Virus record (IMG/VR): IMGVR_UViG_3300021400_000042
Strand: one strand, 5' to 3'
Origin: a virus
Length of the DNA: 64,000 nucleotides
A program made the position numbers and the translations under genes. A model generated the notes under the pieces. That model worked only from the letters and a program-made list of their open reading frames with translations, did no database searches and was not told where the DNA came from. This document shows positions 52,479 through 60,705 of this stretch, one piece after another. The first letter of the stretch is position 1. Each line of letters begins with the position of its first letter.

Positions 52479-52694
52479 TATTGCGTAATTTTGTAATGCG
52501 GTTGTCTTACAAAATTACAGGATATTACAAACGTTGTAATCTCGGAAAGCCTTATTTTATCAGGGTTTCAAGAGAATATTACAAAATTACAATTATTTCT
52601 ATAGAGGTATAGAAATAGAGAGAACAGGGGGTATATGTACTCCCTGTCCCGCCTAATCGCAACACGTCTATAACGCGCGCGCGAAAGTGTAATT
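52452..52694 (+). repeat. copy 2 of the iteron-rich element; candidate replication origin
   Basis: It starts inside the last 9 codons of the primase-helicase gene. Inverted repeat GTAATTTTGTAA / TTACAAAATTAC lies at 52485-52518. It is colinear with 27968-28222. Confidence 0.75.
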
Positions 52695-52799
52695 GTTCAT
52701 TCCGGAAATCGGATTTTGCGGTTATGGGGGACGAGCGCGAACCGTGTGCAGGTGTTCACTCTTACGCGCGGGGAATTTTTCGACGGGAGGCCGGCAGGG

Positions 52800-53102
52800 A
52801 TGGCAGAGAAGGATATTGAACGGAAACTGAAGAAGCGCGTCGAGGCGCTGGGCTGTATGTGCCTGAAGTTTGAGAGTCCGGGTTATACGGGAGTACCTGA
52901 CCGGATCGTTCTCATGCCGGGAGGCGAGGCGTTCTTTGTGGAGCTGAAAGCACCTGGGAAGAAGGAACGGCCCCGGCAGGAATACGTACAGCAGCAGTTC
53001 CGGAATCTCGGATTTATCGTAGTCAGTTCAGTAGACAGCGAGGACGGCATCAATCGGGTTGTCGCACTGATCGAGTCTTATTTGCAGAGGGAACAGTTTT
53101 GA
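52800..53102 (+). CDS. VRR-NUC domain nuclease
   Basis: …GVPDRIVLMPGGEAFFVELKAPGKK…; internal ATG 52800 of the track ORF. Confidence 0.7.
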   Translation: MAEKDIERKLKKRVEALGCMCLKFESPGYTGVPDRIVLMPGGEAFFVELKAPGKKERPRQEYVQQQFRNLGFIVVSSVDSEDGINRVVALIESYLQREQF

Positions 53103-54487
53103 AAGAGTATAAGCCGCACAGATATCAGCAATATGTTACAGAGAAGATGATAGAGCTTCCCTTCATGGGTGCATGGCTGGACATGGGACTGGGAAAGACG
53201 GTCTGCACGCTGACGGCGCTACACAGCCTGAAGTATTACCGGTTCTGCATCCGGAAAGCTCTTGTCATCGCACCGAAAAAGGTTGCTGAGAATACATGGT
53301 CCGCAGAGGCGGCAAAATGGGAGCATCTGAAGGATCTGAGAGTGTCGGTTGTCCTGGGATCCGCAAAGGAACGGTTGGCGGCCCTGAAGGTGACCGCTGA
53401 CGTTTATGTCATCAATCGGGAAAATACACAGTGGCTTGTCAAGCTGTACGGGAATAAGTGGCCGTTTGACGTGGTTGTCCTGGATGAAAGCAGTTCTTTC
53501 AAAAGTCATCAGGCAAAGCGCTTCAAGGCGCTGAAAGCGGTTCGGCCTCATATCGGCAGACTGATAGAGCTGACTGGCACACCGTCCCCGCATGGCCTTA
53601 TGGATCTGTGGGCGCAGGTGTATTTACTGGATGGAGGGGAGCGCCTGGGAAAGACGATCTCATGTTATCGGGAAATGTACTTTGTGCCGGATAAGCGCAG
53701 CCGTACAACGATATTCTCATACGCGCCGAAGGACGGCGCGGCGGATGCGATATACAGACAGATACAGGATATCTGTATCAGCATGAAGTCAGAGGATTAT
53801 TTACAACTGCCGGATATGGTCATTGATGATATTCCGGTTGCCCTGGATCCGAAGGCAAAGAGAGCCTATACAGAGCTTGAAAAGACCATGCTTTTGACTG
53901 TAGACGAAGACCAGCTTGTCACGGCAACGACGGCGGCCACACTGACCGGGAAGCTGCTGCAGCTGTGCAATGGGGCAGTGTATGACGAAAACGGGGATGT
54001 TCTGGAAGTCCATGACTGCAAACTGGAAGCATTCATGGAGACGATAGAACAGCTGAACGGACAGCACGCACTTGTCTATTATTACTTCAAGCATGATCGG
54101 GAAAGACTTCTTACGGCCCTGGGAAAAACGGGGTTGCGCGTGCGCGTGTATATGGGGGCGCATGATGAGAAGGACTGGAACGCGGGAAAGATTGACATAT
54201 TATTGGCGCAACCGGCCTCATGCGGTTACGGTCTGAATCTGCAGGACGGCGGTCATCATGTAATATGGTTCGGCCTGACGTGGAGTCTGGAAGAGTACCA
54301 GCAGGCAAACAAACGCCTTCACAGGCAGGGGCAGCAGTTCCCTGTAATCATCCATAGATTGATTGTACAGGGCGGAACGGATGAGGATGTGATCCGGTCA
54401 CTGGAAAGTAAAGACGGAGCGCAGGAGGCGTTACTTGCGGCCCTGAAAGCAAGAGTGGATAGAGCAAAGGAGGGGTTACCGGGATGA
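53099..54487 (+). CDS. SNF2-family DNA helicase / translocase
   Basis: Motif I GLGKT, motif II VLDESS, and C-terminal helicase motifs …LLAQPASCGYGLNLQ… and …QANKRLHRQGQ. TTG start. Confidence 0.85.
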   Translation: MKEYKPHRYQQYVTEKMIELPFMGAWLDMGLGKTVCTLTALHSLKYYRFCIRKALVIAPKKVAENTWSAEAAKWEHLKDLRVSVVLGSAKERLAALKVTADVYVINRENTQWLVKLYGNKWPFDVVVLDESSSFKSHQAKRFKALKAVRPHIGRLIELTGTPSPHGLMDLWAQVYLLDGGERLGKTISCYREMYFVPDKRSRTTIFSYAPKDGAADAIYRQIQDICISMKSEDYLQLPDMVIDDIPVALDPKAKRAYTELEKTMLLTVDEDQLVTATTAATLTGKLLQLCNGAVYDENGDVLEVHDCKLEAFMETIEQLNGQHALVYYYFKHDRERLLTALGKTGLRVRVYMGAHDEKDWNAGKIDILLAQPASCGYGLNLQDGGHHVIWFGLTWSLEEYQQANKRLHRQGQQFPVIIHRLIVQGGTDEDVIRSLESKDGAQEALLAALKARVDRAKEGLPG

Positions 54488-54678
54488 TGTATTTGATGGC
54501 GGCTGTATTTGTCGGATGGACAATCGGAGTTGTCGCAATCGTGATTGACTGGCGGAAAGACTGCAAAGAGATTGGCAGGGAGAATCTTGCGGTTTCATTG
54601 GGAGAACGGTTACGGGCATTTTTCCTTTGTTTTGTCCTTCCTGTGATCCTGGGATTGCTGACCAGAAGAAAGGGGTAA
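54484..54678 (+). CDS. small membrane protein
   Basis: 64-aa ORF with two hydrophobic segments. Confidence 0.45.
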   Translation: MMYLMAAVFVGWTIGVVAIVIDWRKDCKEIGRENLAVSLGERLRAFFLCFVLPVILGLLTRRKG

Positions 54679-54679
54679 G

Positions 54680-54871
54680 GTGATGAAATGTCCGTACTGT
54701 GGGGGCCGTATGGTCATTGAATACTTTGGCAGCTATGGGAACGTGTACCCGCTGAAAAAGGACGGGGAGCCGGGAAAGAAAAGAATACGGCGGTTCCTGT
54801 ATGAAGAATCTGGGGATTATCCGTTGATTTACTGTCTGGACTGCAGGAGACCGAAGGAGGATGAAGCATGA
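54680..54871 (+). CDS. small Zn-ribbon protein
   Basis: CPYCGG…CLDC. Confidence 0.5.
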   Translation: MMKCPYCGGRMVIEYFGSYGNVYPLKKDGEPGKKRIRRFLYEESGDYPLIYCLDCRRPKEDEA

Positions 54872-55068
54872 AAGGTTTACGTCCATGCCCGTTTTGTGGC
54901 AGCGAAGTCAAAATAGTGATTCATAGCTATGGTGTGGCGAGTGTGATTGATTGTGGGAAATGCCATGCCCGGTTTATTTTCCCATGGAGCAAGACAGAAA
55001 CAACAAACGATTTATGCGAGGTCTGGAATGAAAGAGTCGGAGAGCCTGAAGTATCAGGCAATAGGTGA
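54868..55068 (+). CDS. Lar-like restriction-alleviation-type Zn-ribbon protein
   Basis: MKGLRPCPFCGSEV…CGKCHARF…WNER resembles the Lar family as I recall it. Confidence 0.5.
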   Translation: MKGLRPCPFCGSEVKIVIHSYGVASVIDCGKCHARFIFPWSKTETTNDLCEVWNERVGEPEVSGNR

Positions 55069-55408
55069 AGAGCTGGCAGAGGGGTTAAGAGTTGGGGCAT
55101 CAAAAACGAAGGATCCTAAATTGGAGCCGTGCCGATGCGGAAGGCCGGTAGAGGTCAACTATATAGCAGGCCTGGGGCGCGGTGTGATCGAGCATGTAAG
55201 CAATCCATTCAAGAGCAGCTATCCGACGTATTACATTCACTGTCCCGTGTGCAATCGGAATCTGTGCATCCGGATAACCAGAGGATCCGCAGTGGAGTAC
55301 AGAGACAGAGCGCGGCGGAAGCTGATACGGAAATGGAATGCAGTCATGAGGTCGGATATCGATCTGATACCGGCAAATACAAAGAATGTGTGGGAGGTAA
55401 CGAAGTGA
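55028..55408 (+). CDS. second Lar-like / Zn-ribbon protein
   Basis: …PCRCGRP…HCPVCNRNL…KWN; the start is uncertain. Confidence 0.4.
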   Translation: MKESESLKYQAIGEELAEGLRVGASKTKDPKLEPCRCGRPVEVNYIAGLGRGVIEHVSNPFKSSYPTYYIHCPVCNRNLCIRITRGSAVEYRDRARRKLIRKWNAVMRSDIDLIPANTKNVWEVTK

Positions 55409-55557
55409 GCTGGGCGATAAGGTTTTTCTACAGGGTAATACCGCTTTGTATCATCATGCAGACGTTCGCAATAATGTGGATGGCGTGGGTAATGACCAGA
55501 GTTGCAATGAGGAGGAGAAAGCGTGGCAGAAGAAAAGTCAGTCATCATAATGGGTGA
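55405..55557 (+). CDS. possible 50-aa membrane protein
   Basis: GTGA overlap; VSWAIRFFYRVIPLCIIMQTFAIMWMAWVM…. Confidence 0.25.
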   Translation: MSWAIRFFYRVIPLCIIMQTFAIMWMAWVMTRVAMRRRKRGRRKVSHHNG

Positions 55558-55879
55558 GCTGTGGCGCATCAAAGAGGGGACAGAGGAAGAGTTTCCCGGA
55601 TTGATCGGGGCGGACGGGTACACCGATTCAAGTATCAGATCGATTGTGATAGAGGCCACAATCACGCATGATACGGATCCGGCGGCAAAGGCCAATTTGG
55701 AAGAGTACAAGAAACAAGTCATCAGACATGAAATCATTCACGCCTTCCTGTATGAGAGCGGGTTAGAGGGTAACACGAACAAGAGTAAGAATTGGTCGCA
55801 GAATGAAGAGATGGTGGACTGGATCGCTATTCAGTTCCCGAAGATCCTGAAGGTATTCAAATCACTGAACGTGCTGTAG
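55523..55879 (+). CDS. putative zinc metallopeptidase-like protein (HEIIH)
   Basis: HExxH motif VIRHEIIHAF; GTG start. Confidence 0.5.
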   Translation: MAEEKSVIIMGELWRIKEGTEEEFPGLIGADGYTDSSIRSIVIEATITHDTDPAAKANLEEYKKQVIRHEIIHAFLYESGLEGNTNKSKNWSQNEEMVDWIAIQFPKILKVFKSLNVL

Positions 55880-55890
55880 GAGGTAGAGGA

Positions 55891-56097
55891 ATGTCAGCAA
55901 ACGTAAATCCGGAAGATAACGAAAGATGGCTGTCAGATGGTAACTGTACATACTGCAGACGGAAGAAATACTGCAGCAAGGCCTGTACAGCACAGAAGAG
56001 GCGGAAAGAGGCAATTATACGGGCTATGGTCCGCAATATGACCGGCATAGGGCAGCTGAAAAAAGCGGTAGAGGGAAAGCTGAATGAGAGCATCTGA
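55891..56097 (+). CDS. small Cys-rich protein
   Basis: CTYCRRKKYCSKAC. Confidence 0.45.
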   Translation: MSANVNPEDNERWLSDGNCTYCRRKKYCSKACTAQKRRKEAIIRAMVRNMTGIGQLKKAVEGKLNESI

Positions 56098-56443
56098 AGA
56101 GGTAAAAGCATTCCTGGATTTTATCAGAGAAGCAGAGCCGCGTTACATGCTTGCCCTGGAAGCGATGAAGACCGAAGAGAAGCGGACGCAGGACTTTCTT
56201 CACGCTATCGAGTTTGAACCACATGCAGGGGAACGAAGCAAGATAGCAACGAAGATGAGGGCAAGCCGGATAGCACGGCGGGAGAATAAGGACATCGTGG
56301 AAGAGCTGGAACCTATCATTGACTTTCTGAGCGTACAGAGCAACAAGAAGGCCATTGACCAGCTCACACAGCTATTAGGCAGGATCCGGAAAGTGGAAAA
56401 GTACCACGAGAACCGGTCCTATCATCCGAGGGTGGAGAGGTGA
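56084..56443 (+). CDS. hypothetical protein
   Basis: 119-aa helical ORF. Confidence 0.5.
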   Translation: MRASEEVKAFLDFIREAEPRYMLALEAMKTEEKRTQDFLHAIEFEPHAGERSKIATKMRASRIARRENKDIVEELEPIIDFLSVQSNKKAIDQLTQLLGRIRKVEKYHENRSYHPRVER

Positions 56444-56628
56444 CCATGGACAGGAAGAAATACTACAAGCTGATAACAGACATGCGCGAGGCGGCGCGGC
56501 TGGCGCTACACACTGCGGAGGACCGGACATTGGTCTGTGAGCTGTGCGGCCTGAAGCTGACACAGTGTGCGAATGAGTTTGAAAAGCTGCTGCGGAAACT
56601 GGCAGATCAGGAGGATGACGGGAAATGA
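56440..56628 (+). CDS. hypothetical protein
   Basis: 62-aa ORF; start is GTG 56440 or ATG 56446. Confidence 0.45.
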   Translation: MTMDRKKYYKLITDMREAARLALHTAEDRTLVCELCGLKLTQCANEFEKLLRKLADQEDDGK

Positions 56629-56804
56629 AATCAGCGGGTTGTTCATGTGCGACGATAACAGATCAATGGCATGGTTACGAGTGTGAGGTAACCGGCGGCG
56701 CTTGTGTCTTCCTGAGACCAAATAGTAAAGCGTGTGCAGAGATCTATGGAGAAGGCCCGGACGCATGGCCTGATGATTCAGAAGAAGAAGAAACAGAGGA
56801 TTGA
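56625..56804 (+). CDS. 59-aa Cys-rich acidic-tailed protein (below the track cutoff)
   Basis: ATGA overlap; MKSAGCSCATITDQWHGYECEVTGGACVFLRPNSKACAEIYGEGPDAWPDDSEEEETED*. Confidence 0.4.
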   Translation: MKSAGCSCATITDQWHGYECEVTGGACVFLRPNSKACAEIYGEGPDAWPDDSEEEETED

Positions 56805-56998
56805 TTATGTGCGTGAGGATCTGTGAGTGTTCGCGGTGCGGACGGAAAAGGCGGTGCCGGAATTGTAGTTGGATAGGGGCAGCCCTGGCACAGATGACAA
56901 AACACGGCGCGGACATCACAGCATCCGTAATGTGCAGGACAGGTGACGGTGTGCAATGGTGTCCGGGCTTCATACAAAGGGGAGGTAAGCAGAATTGA
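56801..56998 (+). CDS. small Cys-rich protein
   Basis: CECSRCGRKRRCRNC. Confidence 0.4.
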   Translation: MIMCVRICECSRCGRKRRCRNCSWIGAALAQMTKHGADITASVMCRTGDGVQWCPGFIQRGGKQN

Positions 56999-57399
56999 CC
57001 ATCAAAGAGTTATCACAGCTCTATTACCTTAACCGGGAAATAGAGGACTGTCAGAAGAAACTGGAAGAACTGGAATCACAGAGAGGTGTCAGCGCGGTCA
57101 TGATCGATGATATGCCGCACGGTAAGGGACCGGCGAAAAGCAGGGTTGAACAGCTGGCACTGGAAATTGTGGATCTGAAAGCAATCATACATGCAAAGCA
57201 GATCGAATGTATCCATGAGCGGAACCGTTTAGAACGGTACATAGCAGAGATACCGGATTCATTGACACGTCAGATCTTTGAATACCGTTTTGCAAATTGC
57301 CTTCCTTGGCATCAGGTAGCATTGCACATCGGTGGTGACAATACAGCGGACAGCGTGAGAATGGCCTGTAAGAGATACCTTGAAAAAGTGGCAGGCTGA
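56995..57399 (+). CDS. sigma-70 region-4-like late transcription regulator candidate (RinA/ArpU-like)
   Basis: …YYLNREIE…DMPHGKG…IPDSLTRQIFEYRF…SVRMACKRYLEK. It lies upstream of the packaging and late genes. TTG start. Confidence 0.5.
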   Translation: MTIKELSQLYYLNREIEDCQKKLEELESQRGVSAVMIDDMPHGKGPAKSRVEQLALEIVDLKAIIHAKQIECIHERNRLERYIAEIPDSLTRQIFEYRFANCLPWHQVALHIGGDNTADSVRMACKRYLEKVAG

Positions 57400-57588
57400 A
57401 GGTTGTTCGTTTTGTTCGGTCAGTCTGTGATATGCTTTATCATGGAATTCGTATGATACGGAGTGGGAGTTGCCTCCGCTCCCGGCCGGCAGAGTGTTCT
57501 CCGTAACATGCACATAGAATTTCCAACAGGGCCTCTGGCGCGTGGTAAGCACACGTCAGGGGTCTTTTCAATGGTGGAGGTGAAGAAC

Positions 57589-58209
57589 ATGTCATATAGA
57601 CAGCAGCGGGACTATGAGAACCTGAATAAAGCGATATTCGATGGAGTGGGTGAGTATGACATTCCGGTCATCGAACCAGACAGTCCGCAGGTTGATAACT
57701 GGATCAGTTTCAACTATGCGAAAGGGTGCGAGGAACCGGAGATACACGGCATCCACTTTTTCATTGACGATTATCAGTTTGTCCGTGTCTGGAAGCAGCC
57801 GGATGTTTACCTGGATATGCTGAGAAAGTTTCAGGCAGTATGCACGCCTGACTTTTCCACGTATACAGACTTTCCGAAGACGATACAGCTGTATAACCAC
57901 TATCGGAAGCACTGGTTAGGTGCGTACTGGCAGATGAACGGGATCCGGGTGATACCTACCATCAGCTGGGCGGATCGGGACAGCTACGAATGGTGTTTTA
58001 CCGGTGAGCCGGAAGGCTACACGGTCGCGGTCAGTAGCGTTGGAACGCAGGGCAGTCAGGAGACACGACAGTTATTTCTGGACGGATATCGGGAAATGAT
58101 GACCAGGCTGCAGCCGCAGAGGATCATCATGTATGGCAACGTACCGGATGAATGCCAGGGAAATATTATTCCCGTCAAAGCGTTTCAGCAGAAATGGAGG
58201 AATGGCTAA
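57589..58209 (+). CDS. DUF4417 domain protein
   Basis: …IHFFIDDYQFVRVWKQPDVY…PDFSTYTDFP…YRKHWLGAYWQMNGIRVIPT… matches my recollection of DUF4417. ATG follows GGTGGAGG. Confidence 0.65.
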   Translation: MSYRQQRDYENLNKAIFDGVGEYDIPVIEPDSPQVDNWISFNYAKGCEEPEIHGIHFFIDDYQFVRVWKQPDVYLDMLRKFQAVCTPDFSTYTDFPKTIQLYNHYRKHWLGAYWQMNGIRVIPTISWADRDSYEWCFTGEPEGYTVAVSSVGTQGSQETRQLFLDGYREMMTRLQPQRIIMYGNVPDECQGNIIPVKAFQQKWRNG

Positions 58210-58823
58210 TGGGCGGTCGTGGGGCAAGTTTTACCACAGCCAGAGAAATAGTCGGACAGTATGAGTTGACGGATATAACCGACAGTAAATCAAAGATTGT
58301 CAGTTTCTTCCGTGACATTGATAAGAACGGCGGTATTCGAGTTGATGAAGAGGCCGGAAAGATCAAAGTCACGAAGTCAGCAATGCAGAAGGCACGGGAT
58401 CTGGCAGATGAGCTTTCTGAAAGAATGGTCGAAAGGGATGAACAATCCCTGAGAGATTACAGAGATATCCGTCAGATAATGAATGGTGAGTATTCGATCA
58501 GCGATCAGGACCGCAGTAACATTCCTGATTTCAATGCTTATGTCCGGTCGAGTGAGAATTTCATAAAGATCCGGCGCAATGGTATGAGCATTGACACAGC
58601 ATATCAGGAACTTGCGTCCATGTATCCATATTACTTTGATGCAGACCGGGTAACCAATCCTGCGGATCAGCTGCAGGACATTAACCGTGTCCTGGCAGAT
58701 CTGAAGAACAGCACGCGACAGATACCGCGTGAATACCGGCAGGAAGCGGCGGATGACTTGCGAACTACCATTATCCGGGGTTATATCGCACTGCAGTACA
58801 GGAAGGGGCGCAGGACGGCATGA
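58209..58823 (+). CDS. MGGRG-leader protein 1 (function unknown)
   Basis: Starts MGGRGASF; TAATG overlap; RBS GGAGGA. Confidence 0.6.
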   Translation: MGGRGASFTTAREIVGQYELTDITDSKSKIVSFFRDIDKNGGIRVDEEAGKIKVTKSAMQKARDLADELSERMVERDEQSLRDYRDIRQIMNGEYSISDQDRSNIPDFNAYVRSSENFIKIRRNGMSIDTAYQELASMYPYYFDADRVTNPADQLQDINRVLADLKNSTRQIPREYRQEAADDLRTTIIRGYIALQYRKGRRTA

Positions 58824-58954
58824 CGGAGAAAAGCAAGACTGATATCAGCAAGGCAGTCGAAACGGTGATGAGAAAATGCGGTGTAACTATTCCTGACAGG
58901 ATAAAAGAGTATACCGTAGAAGAGGAAGATGACAAAACGGTTGAAAAAAGTTGA
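58820..58954 (+). CDS. possible 44-aa acidic protein
   Basis: ATGA overlap; below the track cutoff. Confidence 0.3.
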   Translation: MTEKSKTDISKAVETVMRKCGVTIPDRIKEYTVEEEDDKTVEKS

Positions 58955-58977
58955 CTGTTTACACAGGAGGTGCTATC

Positions 58978-59631
58978 ATGGGAGGTAGAGGAAGTGGAAG
59001 CGGATTAAAACAAAGCGACGGCCCTCGTGGAGGTGGCGGCGGTGATACAAAATGGAATCAGCCGAATACGCCACAAATGCGGCCGCCGGCCCCGAATATC
59101 AGAGGGGTCATAGGCGCGAAAGGCAAGCCTATATCCGCCACACAAGCAGTTAAAAGCATCAATCCTTTCAGAGATGCTGAGTATGGCGATTACAGCGAGA
59201 ATTGCCAGCGTTGCGTTGTTGCTTTTGAGCTGAATCGAAGAGGTTACAAAGTAGAGGCAGAAGCGACGTGGGAGAATGATACATACCCGCGTGGAAACCA
59301 TTGGCTGTCCGCATTTAAAGGCGGAAAGCTGGAAGATGTTGGCGCTCGTAACACAGCGGCGATCAATAAAAACATTCTTTCAAAAATGGGATCTTGGGGT
59401 GAAGGTTCCAGGGCTATTGTCAAAGTACAGTATCCCGGAGGCAATTCAGGGCATGTATTCAATGTTGAATACCATCGGGGAAAACTTTATTATTACGACG
59501 CTCAAACCGGCGTTTCGTATAAAAACCGAACGGTGTTTGACCATGTTGTAAAGGGTAACGTCCAAATCGTTAGAAGCGATAATCTTGATATTGCCGATAA
59601 TGTTAGGGATATGGTGAGAAAGCGCAGGTAA
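58978..59631 (+). CDS. MGGRG-leader protein 2: papain-fold toxin-like (glutamine-deamidase/transglutaminase-type) domain
   Basis: Starts MGGRGSGSG, then a Gly/Pro linker. Candidate Cys in SENCQRCVVAFELNRRG and candidate His in NSGHVFNV…YYDAQTG. RBS AGGAGG. Confidence 0.55.
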   Translation: MGGRGSGSGLKQSDGPRGGGGGDTKWNQPNTPQMRPPAPNIRGVIGAKGKPISATQAVKSINPFRDAEYGDYSENCQRCVVAFELNRRGYKVEAEATWENDTYPRGNHWLSAFKGGKLEDVGARNTAAINKNILSKMGSWGEGSRAIVKVQYPGGNSGHVFNVEYHRGKLYYYDAQTGVSYKNRTVFDHVVKGNVQIVRSDNLDIADNVRDMVRKRR

Positions 59632-59653
59632 GGTAACCAGTTAGGAGGCAAAC

Positions 59654-59884
59654 ATGGGGACTAAAGAAGCTATCGAAAAAGCCAAAAAATTAAATCCAAA
59701 TTATAACAAGTGTGTTGAGCATTCAAACGCGTGGGCATTTAGCCGTGACGATGATGAAGAACGCGTCGGAGGGCCGGATGCAGGTATCGTTATCATGAAA
59801 GATGACGGGCGCGTGCTTAGAATGTACGAGTATTACATGACAGATCTTGGTGAGAGTGAAATCATAAGCGAACAGAAGATCTGA
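59654..59884 (+). CDS. small protein following the toxin-like gene (immunity-like position)
   Basis: 76-aa ORF with RBS AGGAGG. Confidence 0.5.
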   Translation: MGTKEAIEKAKKLNPNYNKCVEHSNAWAFSRDDDEERVGGPDAGIVIMKDDGRVLRMYEYYMTDLGESEIISEQKI

Positions 59885-59900
59885 CACAGAAAGGCGTAAA

Positions 59901-60485
59901 ATGGGCGGTAGAGGCGGTTCATTCACCAGTGTTGGTGAAAGCATCGCATACAGAAACGCCTTAAATGCAGCGGAAAACGGGATAAAGCGTGATAGGGTTG
60001 AAACAGCTATCCTTCTGGACAAAGACGGGAATACCATTTTCACCGAGTCACAGGGCAGTGCTGATTCGGTACAATTCTCACCGGATCAGTTCAATCAAAT
60101 GAAGGACGGCACGCTCACGCACAATCATCCGAGTGGATCAACCTTCAGTTGGCAAGATCTTGACTTGCTGGTGCGAAGTGGATTGAAAGAGATCCGCGCC
60201 ACATCTGCAAACAGGACGTATCGAATGATAGACCTTGGAGGATCCTTCTCTGGAAAAGGAAATTTTCCACAGGATTTCTTTAACGCTTATCAGGCCAACA
60301 AAGCTGTATGCGATGCGAAATATCAGAAGATCGAAAACAATTACAATTCAGGAGCCATATCATACAATGAGTATGCTGACCAGTGTTCAAACCTCAATAA
60401 AGAGCTGAACATGATGAACAGTAAATGGTTAAGGTCAAATGCTCGATTGTATGGATACAGGTATGAAATGATCGGGAGGAACTGA
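59901..60485 (+). CDS. MGGRG-leader protein 3: JAB/MPN (RadC-like) metallopeptidase-like domain
   Basis: Starts MGGRGGSF. JAMM-like motif THNHPSGSTFSWQDL with an upstream Glu (RVETAILLD). Confidence 0.55.
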   Translation: MGGRGGSFTSVGESIAYRNALNAAENGIKRDRVETAILLDKDGNTIFTESQGSADSVQFSPDQFNQMKDGTLTHNHPSGSTFSWQDLDLLVRSGLKEIRATSANRTYRMIDLGGSFSGKGNFPQDFFNAYQANKAVCDAKYQKIENNYNSGAISYNEYADQCSNLNKELNMMNSKWLRSNARLYGYRYEMIGRN

Positions 60486-60486
60486 T

Positions 60487-60645
60487 ATGCCTAAAACAAA
60501 AGACGGCGGATATTTATTACATGAACCGGATGCAGCGGCCGGCCCGTATGCTCCGAAGGCAAAAGAAGAGGAAAAGAAGTCCGGAAAGGGTAAAAAACCC
60601 GGAACGGTGAAGAGATCAGGAAACAAGCGAACAGGAAAGAAGTAA
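60487..60645 (+). CDS. possible 52-aa Lys-rich protein
   Basis: MPKTKDGGYLLHEPDAAAGPYAPKAKEEEKKSGKGKKPGTVKRSGNKRTGKK*; below the track cutoff. Confidence 0.3.
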   Translation: MPKTKDGGYLLHEPDAAAGPYAPKAKEEEKKSGKGKKPGTVKRSGNKRTGKK

Positions 60646-60680
60646 AACCCTCTACCACATACGGCGGAGGGTTTCTTTAT
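60646..60680 (+). terminator. rho-independent terminator
   Basis: AACCCTC…GAGGGTT followed by TCTTTAT. Confidence 0.55.
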
Positions 60681-60705
60681 GCCCTGAGAAAGTGAGGTAT
60701 GCCGT

